Origin: a virus
Taxonomy: Duplodnaviria; Caudoviricetes
Virus record (IMG/VR): IMGVR_UViG_3300026187_000059
Location: 1 to 30,981 of that record
Strand: one strand, 5' to 3'
DNA length: 30,981 nucleotides
Shown here: positions 1 to 7,367 of the stretch, one piece after another
Layout of the letters: the number at the start of each line of letters is the position of its first letter
Position numbering within the stretch: position 1 is the first letter of the stretch
Notes under the pieces: model-generated
What the model was told of the DNA's origin: nothing
Seen by the model: the letters and a program-made list of their open reading frames with translations, nothing else
Databases searched by the model: none
Program-made: the position numbers and the translations under genes

Positions 1-50
1 GTGTTGCACAAAATAGCACATTTATCGCCATTTTTCCTCAAAATCAACAC

Positions 51-77
51 TAACACCTCCTTGGTAACAAGGTGTTA
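51..77. other. Bulged hairpin with GTAA tetraloop
   Basis: taaca(51-55)/tgtta(73-77) and ccttg(59-63)/caagg(68-72) close a gtaa loop. Also contains GTAAC-N5-GTTAC (64-78). Confidence 0.45.
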
Positions 78-175
78 CACCCCATAAACAACAATTCCGA
101 CAACCTTTGTGTAAAATTGTGCATTCTTTTCTTGTAACATATAGAGAAATCAGTACCTTAAAATCAACAACACAC

Positions 176-334
176 AACAACACACAAAAGGAGACCCTAT
201 GATTAATGATGCACTGACTTTATTAGTCCATTTCGGTATAGTTGCAGTTCTACTTTATTTTGTCAGGGAGTTTTTCGGAGAATAGTTTATAGCCGGGGTT
301 TTCCAATTAAGTAACAACACACAAAAGGAGACCC
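176..334 (+). repeat. Exact 22-bp direct repeat containing a Shine-Dalgarno sequence (176-197 and 313-334)
   Basis: aacaacacacaaaaggagaccc occurs at 176-197 and 313-334. The first copy overlaps a tandem caacaacaca x2 (165-184). Confidence 0.95.
199..285 (+). CDS. 28-aa single-TM hydrophobic peptide (type I toxin-like or superinfection-exclusion-like)
   Basis: AGGAG 5 nt before ATG199. Manual translation MINDALTLLVHFGIVAVLLYFVREFFGE* gives a hydrophobic core and charged C-terminus. Not in the ORF track. Confidence 0.7.
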   Translation: MINDALTLLVHFGIVAVLLYFVREFFGE

Positions 335-337
335 CGG
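293..337. terminator. GC-rich stem between convergent genes (possible terminator or regulatory switch)
   Basis: ccggggt(293-299) pairs with accccgg(331-337), extendable by G-U pairs. The loop is large and there is no clear U-tract. Confidence 0.45.
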
Positions 338-356
338 TACAAAGATCTTATAATAT

Positions 357-2783
357 TTAAGCTACAGATAAAAGTCCTGAGTTTAATTTAGCCATGGTAA
401 TTCCCTTCTTGCCAATTTCTTCTTTCATTTCAGGTGTAATCTCAAAGTAAGGTAAACTATCAATAGTTACTGGTTCAATTCCAGTACCTTCGTACTCCAT
501 ATCATATTCAGATCTTAAAAACTGTTCAACCAATACATCGTCATTGATGTTATTTACAATATCGGTATCTATACCTCGATATCTTTCATATTTGTAAAAC
601 TCTTCTCTTAACTTTTCATCATTTCTTACATCATAAAAAGCATCTTCAATCGTTTGAGCATCTCTAAGAGGCGTATCATCAATAGGTTGGCCAAAACTAA
701 TGGTTGTATCAATATTATCGCTGTATGCACCACTCTCTGTTTTGTAGTTAGGTACATAACTTAGTTTGTTGTTATATTTTTTTAAATATTTATTCAAGAA
801 AGATGGAAGTATCTTATCATAAAAACCAGTCATTCCTTCTCCACCAACCTTTAAATCTAAACCAGAATAAGATAGACCATCAATATTTATAAATTCACCT
901 TTTTGTTCTAATATTTTTGCTTCTTTGTAATTTTCTAAAATATTTTTTTCTTTTAAATCTTTAGTAATTTTTGCAGATAATTCTTTTCCAACATATTCTT
1001 CTAATTGATCGGGATATATATGATTTCCATATATCTGATCTTGATTATATTCAGAATATGCTTGTAAATAAATTTTGCCATCTGCTTTATCTGATGGGCT
1101 AATTTGTATATTATCAATGTAATTTGCTAAATTATATCTTTCAGTTTGAACTTCACCTGGAGTATAAGCAACTGCTTCAAAACCATTATCGACAGCATAT
1201 TTAATTAATCTCTTCATGGTGAGTTCATGCCAGTTCTTTTTAAATGGAGTATCCTGGACTTTCTTTTTATTGTCTTGAACTAATCTTTCTCTTTTTTCTA
1301 TTACGTCTTGATATTTTTGTTCGAGATTTTTAATTTCATTTATTTGATTGTTATAATCATCTTTTGTTAAGCTTGGTAGTTGTTCTTCTAGGTCAATTAT
1401 ATTTTTTTTAATTGATCTCATTTCATTGTTGAGATTATTGACATTCATATTGTAATCAGACTCTTGATAACCTTTTTTTCTACCTCGTTGATGAAGATCA
1501 GATTGTATTTCTTCAATAAATAAAGTCTTTTTGCCCTCAATTTCTCTTTCATTAAATCTTGCATGAGAAATCAAAAGATTTTCACTAGGAAAATCAGAAC
1601 CAGAAAAGTGGCTTGAATTAAAGTTAATTACATTTTGAGTGGGAAGAGTAATTAATAATTCTTTATAATTATCTCCACCAGGTAAAGTATATGACTCGTA
1701 CTTAGGCCTAATTGTTGCATCTTTTTCTGTTATTCCATGAACATAATACAAATAATCGTTGATTGCATTTTGTTCTTCTTGGCCCTCTAATTCTTCGAAA
1801 TTAGTAGTAGCTTCACTTCTTAAAGTAGTTGATCCTGTAGCTGGATCATTAACTACTAAATCTTCTCCTGAGGCATTATAAAAACTTTTAAAGTCTTCAT
1901 ATAAGTCGTAATCGTTATTAACAACAAGTTTTGCATCTTCAATGCTGTTAACATCTTTTAAAGAGTCAGGTAAAAATAGTCTTGATTTCACAAATGATAT
2001 TTGTTTGCCACTACCTAAATCACCTAAAACTACATCATTAATTTTAGTAGAGATATTATTCTCTAGGATATAGTTATCTAATTCTTCTTTTGTAACTTTA
2101 TCTTTGCCTGAAAGAAAATTATCTAATCCTGTATCGACAATCTCAGATTGTTTGATGCCTGGCATATTATTTATTTGGTTTAAGATCTGTTGGCCTGAAC
2201 CAGAATTAAAATTCATATCCAGGACAGCTTCAGCTAAAACAGAATAATAAGGATTGGATGACTCTGATAATAAACCTTCTTCAGTCTCAGGAGCTTCTTC
2301 GGCAGTTAAAATATAATCAGATAAGAGAGATTGATCTGGCATTGGAGTTGTATTACTAAAATCCAAAGGATCTATTTCGGGAGTTGTTAAGAGACCTGAG
2401 GGTTGTTCTACTTCAGGTGTAATGAGAATATTGGATTGATCGTCTTGAGTTGCTGTTGTTATTTTCTTGTTAAGTTCTTCATTAAATTTGTTTTCAGCAT
2501 CAATAGCTCCCAGGTCAGGAGTCAGGATAGAGCCTGATGGGGTATTACGGATGTCATTAAGGAAGTTGATTGCCGGGCTAGAAAAGAAGTTCATACCTTC
2601 CTGGATCATGTTAGAGTTACCCAGGATACCGGAGTTGATTGTTTCTTCAGTAGCTTTACCACCCAGGATACCACCAGTAACAAGTCCAGTGCTTTTTACA
2701 GGATCTGATAATAGAGACCGAACACCAGCCATAGCTCTCGGTGCATACTGAAAAGCTTTAATTCCTAAATTTAATAAACTCAT
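357..2783 (-). CDS. Large polyvalent-type / probable injected virion protein with LFIEEIQSD domain
   Basis: 808-aa ORF with a low-complexity N-terminus. Motifs HARF..LFIEEIQSDLHQ, PFKKNWHEL.MKRLIKYA..NGF and GM.GFYDK recur in large phage proteins. Confidence 0.6.
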   Translation of the reverse strand: MSLLNLGIKAFQYAPRAMAGVRSLLSDPVKSTGLVTGGILGGKATEETINSGILGNSNMIQEGMNFFSSPAINFLNDIRNTPSGSILTPDLGAIDAENKFNEELNKKITTATQDDQSNILITPEVEQPSGLLTTPEIDPLDFSNTTPMPDQSLLSDYILTAEEAPETEEGLLSESSNPYYSVLAEAVLDMNFNSGSGQQILNQINNMPGIKQSEIVDTGLDNFLSGKDKVTKEELDNYILENNISTKINDVVLGDLGSGKQISFVKSRLFLPDSLKDVNSIEDAKLVVNNDYDLYEDFKSFYNASGEDLVVNDPATGSTTLRSEATTNFEELEGQEEQNAINDYLYYVHGITEKDATIRPKYESYTLPGGDNYKELLITLPTQNVINFNSSHFSGSDFPSENLLISHARFNEREIEGKKTLFIEEIQSDLHQRGRKKGYQESDYNMNVNNLNNEMRSIKKNIIDLEEQLPSLTKDDYNNQINEIKNLEQKYQDVIEKRERLVQDNKKKVQDTPFKKNWHELTMKRLIKYAVDNGFEAVAYTPGEVQTERYNLANYIDNIQISPSDKADGKIYLQAYSEYNQDQIYGNHIYPDQLEEYVGKELSAKITKDLKEKNILENYKEAKILEQKGEFINIDGLSYSGLDLKVGGEGMTGFYDKILPSFLNKYLKKYNNKLSYVPNYKTESGAYSDNIDTTISFGQPIDDTPLRDAQTIEDAFYDVRNDEKLREEFYKYERYRGIDTDIVNNINDDVLVEQFLRSEYDMEYEGTGIEPVTIDSLPYFEITPEMKEEIGKKGITMAKLNSGLLSVA

Positions 2784-3001
2784 GATCCTTGTGTTTTAAT
2801 CGGTGCTTCTAAACAAGCTAATTTATGTTGTGTTAAAGTGGTTTGGCGTAGCTCCAGGGCCACTGCATCAATGAACTCAATATCTCTATTGCATTCTTCT
2901 TTCGTCATATACTTACGAGCAAATGACGTACAGTGAGGGTCGACATAGTTTTGGGTTAGATAAGTACATAGATATCCGACCAAGAAATAAACCTTAACCA
3001 T
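2780..3001 (-). CDS. Hypothetical small protein with hydrophobic N-terminus and 4 Cys
   Basis: 73-aa ORF with an ATGA overlap to the downstream gene. Confidence 0.7.
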   Translation of the reverse strand: MVKVYFLVGYLCTYLTQNYVDPHCTSFARKYMTKEECNRDIEFIDAVALELRQTTLTQHKLACLEAPIKTQGS

Positions 3002-3329
3002 CGCAACTCTTTAACCACTCCTTTAATTCTGATTTATAAAATAACTCAGTAATGCCATTAGACATTCCGTTGACTATCGACTCTTCGTCTTTGTCTTTGA
3101 GTAAATAGATATAGTAGATCGCATGACAGAGTTCATGGATAACCAGGTTCTTACTGTCGACATCATTTCGATCAATAATGTCTTTATCTAAATAAATTTG
3201 GTAGGGTGGTTTACTCAGAAAACACCCTTGCATTTCGCAAACATTGTAGGCTACATCATGATCGATGGGAGTTAGGTAAATTTTAAAATGTCCTATACTG
3301 ACGTATTCAGGAAGAGATATTTTTTTCAT
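2994..3329 (-). CDS. HEXXH zinc metallopeptidase-like protein
   Basis: LVIHELCHAI followed by EE..V. The probable start is ATG3329 (MKKISLP), not the track's 3356. Confidence 0.7.
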   Translation of the reverse strand: MKKISLPEYVSIGHFKIYLTPIDHDVAYNVCEMQGCFLSKPPYQIYLDKDIIDRNDVDSKNLVIHELCHAIYYIYLLKDKDEESIVNGMSNGITELFYKSELKEWLKSCDG

Positions 3330-3417
3330 TACATTCCTGGCATCGACAAATTGCACATTCGCACATACAAGTCATTCCTTGATGACAGATACAGCCACAG
3401 CTTTCGCATTTGCTCAT
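3307..3417 (-). CDS. Metallothionein-like Cys-rich peptide (36 aa)
   Basis: TAATG-coupled to the upstream gene. Manual translation MSKCESCGCICHQGMTCMCECAICRCQECNEKNISS* has 10 Cys and 1 His. Confidence 0.75.
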   Translation of the reverse strand: MSKCESCGCICHQGMTCMCECAICRCQECNEKNISS

Positions 3418-4034
3418 TACTTCTTTTTAGTTTTTTTCTTCTTATCTTTTTTCTTATTCTTTTTTCCGTTGATCTTGTTAGCAGTTTTCTTCATGCCTCT
3501 CATATCGTTTATTCTCCTTTGTAGTTCTTGCCTGTGTAAGACAGTTGCTTTGTAGTAATCCTTCTCCCAATGATTGTAGTAACCTACTCTCTTGAGTTTT
3601 TCGGATGCCTCTTCAAGATCTTGATAGCGTTGTATCAACACCATTGAAAATTCGTTTGCTGTTTTAAACTCGTGATCGTAAAGAAAATCTATGTCATCAT
3701 CTCCGGTCTCTGGATGCGAGGCCATGAGATAAACATCTTTGGGCATATAAGCAAAATTCAAAGCTTCTATCGCTGATGATAATTCTGTTGCTGATAAAGA
3801 TAAATCAGAACACCCAATGACTACGATACGATATCGAGTTCGTTTTAATTTATTGGCCCAATCAACCACCAGGGGAATAAGTTGTTGAGCTTCATGAAGT
3901 TCTTCAATCTTAAAAGTATTTTGTATTCGACATTGTTGAGCATAAGGACAAGTTGGAAAGTTACCCAGGTGTTCATTAGGTTTTTCTATTACCTCTTTTG
4001 ACCACCGGATAATATCGTCTTTAATACTAGCCAA
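3417..4034 (-). CDS. DUF1415-like protein with Lys-rich C-terminal tail
   Basis: W...VIE......F..CPYA and SHP motifs resemble DUF1415. The last 28 aa contain 15 Lys. Confidence 0.55.
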   Translation of the reverse strand: MASIKDDIIRWSKEVIEKPNEHLGNFPTCPYAQQCRIQNTFKIEELHEAQQLIPLVVDWANKLKRTRYRIVVIGCSDLSLSATELSSAIEALNFAYMPKDVYLMASHPETGDDDIDFLYDHEFKTANEFSMVLIQRYQDLEEASEKLKRVGYYNHWEKDYYKATVLHRQELQRRINDMRGMKKTANKINGKKNKKKDKKKKTKKK

Positions 4035-4284
4035 ATGTTTTTACATTGGTTGGTTTACCACCAACACCTTGTCTTTTGTTTCTCTTTCTTCTTACAGCTG
4101 ACTTAATTTGTGCTGAAGTCATACTGTTTGCTTTTGATCTTGGAACACACTTTGGATATTTTCTTTTGGAGCCTTTAGTGGATGAGCGACCACAACTTGC
4201 AAAGCTTCCATCTTTTTTCTTCGATCCAATATCAACCCAGTCTTCCTTGAACCACTTGGTTAATCCTCCACTTGCTCTACTCAT
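4027..4284 (-). CDS. Small basic protein, DUF5872-like C-terminal half
   Basis: GLTKWFKEDWVDI..CGR..YPKCVP..RRKR motif. Confidence 0.65.
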   Translation of the reverse strand: MSRASGGLTKWFKEDWVDIGSKKKDGSFASCGRSSTKGSKRKYPKCVPRSKANSMTSAQIKSAVRRKRNKRQGVGGKPTNVKTFG

Positions 4285-4439
4285 GCTTTTTTGGTTCGGT
4301 ACTTACCACCTCTTTTTTTATAAGTTTTTACCAACCAGGCATTCGCATAAGCACTTGGATAAACATCAAATTTTTTCTTTGCTTCACTTTTTACTCGTGC
4401 ATACAAAGCTCTATCTACGGGTACATTCTGAGAGGCCAT
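4281..4439 (-). CDS. Small basic protein, DUF5872-like N-terminal half
   Basis: LYARVK.EAKKKF.VYPSAYANAWLVK.YKKRGGKY. The probable start is ATG4439 (TAATG coupling), with an ATGA overlap to the next gene. Confidence 0.65.
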   Translation of the reverse strand: MASQNVPVDRALYARVKSEAKKKFDVYPSAYANAWLVKTYKKRGGKYRTKKA

Positions 4440-4690
4440 TAACAGTTCCACATCTTTCTTGACCAATAATTAGCTGATAGTCGATTATTCGTGCCTTTAA
4501 TACCACCTGACCTAGCACAATAAGATTTTTTACGATCAGGATTATTCTTCTTAATAGACATACCTTTTGCACCAAAGTTAACTTTCTTTACTCTTCCGGT
4601 GCTAGGGTCTTTGACGAATACTTTAAATTTTTTAACATCACCAGCCATGGGTTTGTTGAGGGTGACTTTTCTTCCTTTGTATTCTGCCAT
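4439..4690 (-). CDS. Small basic protein, DUF6321-like
   Basis: KKFKVFV..KVNFG..M...NPDRKKSYCAR..SANYWSRK.W motif. Confidence 0.65.
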   Translation of the reverse strand: MAEYKGRKVTLNKPMAGDVKKFKVFVKDPSTGRVKKVNFGAKGMSIKKNNPDRKKSYCARSGGIKGTNNRLSANYWSRKMWNC

Positions 4691-5073
4691 TACTTTTTAC
4701 CCATGAATTTTGTTAGTGAACGTAATCCAAAGCTACTTGCAATAGCTCCATACATGGCAAATTGGAACCAGGATGGAGTTGCAGATAAGGCATTAAACCC
4801 TCTTTCGACATAAGGTTGAAATGGTGGAATAAAACATCCAGCAATAATCATGATAAATAAAATTGTCCAGGCTTCGTCTTTCCAGCTATCTCCACTTTGT
4901 TCGATTGCTTTTAAGTCAAAATCAATTTCACCAGCTATTTGTTTTTCCATTAACTTAGTCTTTGCTTTGATCTCGGTAAGTTTGTTTTCAGCTTTTGCTT
5001 TTTTTGTTTCGACTACACCTTTAACAACATCACCGGCTACACCTAATAATGGTTTCACTAACATTCCCCACAT
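4690..5073 (-). CDS. Holin-like membrane protein (3TM-holin type)
   Basis: SWKDE.WT motif and two C-terminal hydrophobic helices ending IASSFGLR. Adjacent to the lysozyme. Confidence 0.7.
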   Translation of the reverse strand: MWGMLVKPLLGVAGDVVKGVVETKKAKAENKLTEIKAKTKLMEKQIAGEIDFDLKAIEQSGDSWKDEAWTILFIMIIAGCFIPPFQPYVERGFNALSATPSWFQFAMYGAIASSFGLRSLTKFMGKK

Positions 5074-5513
5074 TATATATCCCTCATTCTTTCTGCTAGT
5101 TCTTCACATCTATTTTTTGTTTGATTTCTCCACCGGCTGTCGAGCATTTGATAATGAGCTTCAACAAAGTCTGACTCCTGGAGAGCTTTAATCATCATCT
5201 TAAAATTTTGGACACCTTTATATCCAAGTTGATAAATCATCTCACACAAGATAGACATCATCTCTTCATTATCTGGTAAATTATAAGTCTCACATAAAAC
5301 CTCAGTTGAATCCCAGGCTTTATCAAAATCTTTATCAAAGATAGCTAACCAACCTTCTTCGGTAGTTGGGATTTCTTCACCGGGTAATATTTTGTGACCC
5401 CATCCACCAGTCTGCCAGGACTCTGTCACTCCGTTATAAGTTAGGTTGTATGGCTCTAGCCTATAACCTTCATGTTTTTTTATTGATTGTTTTGTTTTTT
5501 CTTTGATGTCCAT
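5073..5513 (-). CDS. Endolysin, T4-type lysozyme (GH24-like)
   Basis: IKKHEG.RL..Y...TGGWGH, M.YQLG..GV..FK.M and MLDSRW..QT.NR match the T4 lysozyme pattern. Confidence 0.88.
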   Translation of the reverse strand: MDIKEKTKQSIKKHEGYRLEPYNLTYNGVTESWQTGGWGHKILPGEEIPTTEEGWLAIFDKDFDKAWDSTEVLCETYNLPDNEEMMSILCEMIYQLGYKGVQNFKMMIKALQESDFVEAHYQMLDSRWRNQTKNRCEELAERMRDI

Positions 5514-5776
5514 TATTCACTTGCTATTTCTCCAGCTATACCCAGGTAGCCACAAGCATCCACATAATCATCAGGATTTACTTTGCCTATCTTGGTTCTA
5601 GCTATCTTTAATAGAGCCATCATGACTGCTACTTCATGAGCAGTAAACTCCACGCCTTTATAGGCTGACCAGAGCTTGGCAATATTAATATGGTTCGTAG
5701 TCATGTCGCCATGTTGATCGTTACGATCATTATTGACGAGCTGTGATGCTATATTGAGGATGTCACTGTTTTTCAT
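5513..5776 (-). CDS. DUF6378-like protein
   Basis: DR..QHGD...N...IA.LWS.Y, VA.MM.LLKIAR and D.YVD.CGY motifs. The probable start is ATG5776 (ATGA overlap). Confidence 0.75.
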   Translation of the reverse strand: MKNSDILNIASQLVNNDRNDQHGDMTTNHINIAKLWSAYKGVEFTAHEVAVMMALLKIARTKIGKVNPDDYVDACGYLGIAGEIASE

Positions 5777-6474
5777 AGTTGGCCTGTCCACCTTCCTTTG
5801 TTATCTAAAGGCATTGAATGGATACAGGGTTGGCAGTATCCGACATAACCAATACTAGCAATCGATATGATGGGCCTCTTAATAAAGTTTTTCGAGTACC
5901 TAAAATTCTCAGCCTTTGGGTTAATACTTGATCCTATACACATCGCAAAATTCAGTGCTGTCGGTGAAGACCAATAAGTTAATTCACTCTTGGTATGCTG
6001 ATGCCCGGTAACCAGGGAACATCCAAGCTCCTTAGAGCTTTGAATTACACTTGATTTAAAATGATGCGTAAAGAAAACATTGTTTCCGTTTTTAAGCTTA
6101 ACAATTAACTTGTCATGCCATTTCCATTTTGCTTTGATCTCAAACATTTTATTGAGATCTTTGAGAAAGCTCCTGGGGATACCAAAACTCTCAGCTTTGC
6201 GTATGACTCGGATATCATGATTTCCATATAAGATATCCATCTTAGGAAATAACTTTTCTAATTTCTTTATTTCTGTTTTTGCTTTTTCTACTTCTGTCGT
6301 AGGGTTGTCAGTTTCAGCAGAGATAGAATGAAAAGATACACTAGAGAAGTCTACCAGGTCTCCGATATGGATAACTTTGTTCCATTTTGTTAGACTCTTG
6401 ATAGCCTTAATCCAAGGCCAGTAATCCGGGTGTTGGGCTGGGAAGTGAGTATCACTTAATAATAATATTTTCAC
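5773..6474 (-). CDS. Calcineurin-like metallophosphoesterase
   Basis: SDTH, GDLVD, GNHD, H and GHQH motifs. Confidence 0.9.
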   Translation of the reverse strand: MKILLLSDTHFPAQHPDYWPWIKAIKSLTKWNKVIHIGDLVDFSSVSFHSISAETDNPTTEVEKAKTEIKKLEKLFPKMDILYGNHDIRVIRKAESFGIPRSFLKDLNKMFEIKAKWKWHDKLIVKLKNGNNVFFTHHFKSSVIQSSKELGCSLVTGHQHTKSELTYWSSPTALNFAMCIGSSINPKAENFRYSKNFIKRPIISIASIGYVGYCQPCIHSMPLDNKGRWTGQL

Positions 6475-6556
6475 CTTAATATGATGTTATTGATTTTTGA
6501 ATTTTGTCGAAAAAGTCTTTAGCACCTTACTATCTCGTAAGGTTACAAGGGGTTAG

Positions 6557-6754
6557 TCAAATAAGTAAGTCTTTGATGATAACAATAAACTGGGTTAGTA
6601 AAAGAAAACCGACAGACCATAACACTCTCTTGATAGCTAAAATATCTGACTCAATATGGCGAAGATGATTTGACTCAATCAACTTAATTCGCTCTGATAT
6701 GACTGCTACTTCCTTATCTAGTTTATTTAGTTTTTCAGCTTGTGTTGTCACCAC
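6557..6754 (-). CDS. Small coiled-coil plus C-terminal TM protein (XhlA/holin-like)
   Basis: NHL.HIE.DI motif followed by the hydrophobic segment VLWSVGFLLLTQFIVII. Confidence 0.55.
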   Translation of the reverse strand: MVTTQAEKLNKLDKEVAVISERIKLIESNHLRHIESDILAIKRVLWSVGFLLLTQFIVIIKDLLI

Positions 6755-7061
6755 CTACTCCTTGTTTTAATTTTTCATTGTTTAAGTTTTGTTGACTTAA
6801 TTTTTCTGCTAACTCTCTTTCTTTGGAGTTATCAGGTTTTTGAAGAGCAAACTTCATGACATCATCAATCGTCATATTGAACCTAGCTTGTCTCTCTTCA
6901 AAGTTACGATCAGCCCAAACAGACAATCTTTCTGTTAAAAACTGAATGTGCAGATCTTTTTCTTTGCTTTCTTTTTTTAGTTCTCGGTTTTCTTTGCGTA
7001 GTTCTCGATTAGCTTCTTTGGCCTTATCAAGTAAATGCTGTAGTTCTTTTGCTGTACTCAT
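6735..7061 (-). CDS. Hypothetical coiled-coil protein
   Basis: 108-aa charged helical ORF. Confidence 0.7.
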   Translation of the reverse strand: MSTAKELQHLLDKAKEANRELRKENRELKKESKEKDLHIQFLTERLSVWADRNFEERQARFNMTIDDVMKFALQKPDNSKERELAEKLSQQNLNNEKLKQGVGGDNTS

Positions 7062-7142
7062 AAGATCATAGGAACATAAAATTTTTTTATAGTCTAGGTA
7101 ACCAGGGATTAAGTAATACCAGGTAACAAATAGTTCTTATTA

Positions 7143-7367
7143 TTACCCTTTTGATTTTGAGATACTTTTTATAAATTCGTATTCTTTGCCGTTAATAATT
7201 TTAACGTCTATTTCTGCTTCCACTTCACCACAAACAATCTGAGCATCTCTCATATTACGCTCCATAACTCTTTTGTTCTTGAGGCATTCACTCACAGAGT
7301 CCTGGATTGTATGTTCAATTAATACACCACCACTAAACAAACATAAGGCTAATACTGTCTTAATCAT
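7143..7367 (-). CDS. Hypothetical protein with N-terminal hydrophobic strand and 3 Cys
   Basis: 74 aa, TAATG-coupled to the upstream gene. Confidence 0.7.
   Translation of the reverse strand: MIKTVLALCLFSGGVLIEHTIQDSVSECLKNKRVMERNMRDAQIVCGEVEAEIDVKIINGKEYEFIKSISKSKG

Noticed and set aside
1-62. Minus-strand gene start at the window edge (ATG31 with GAGG, or GTG50 with AAGGAGG)
   Set aside because: Too short to evaluate, and it overlaps the symmetric non-coding element.
165-334. Repeats read as a mini-CRISPR array
   Set aside because: Only two 22-bp copies 115 bp apart enclosing an ORF, and no cas genes.
7062-7142. Intergenic stretch with two accagg and two ggtaac words
   Set aside because: Repeats are too short to call a binding site, and no stable hairpin or clear promoter is visible.
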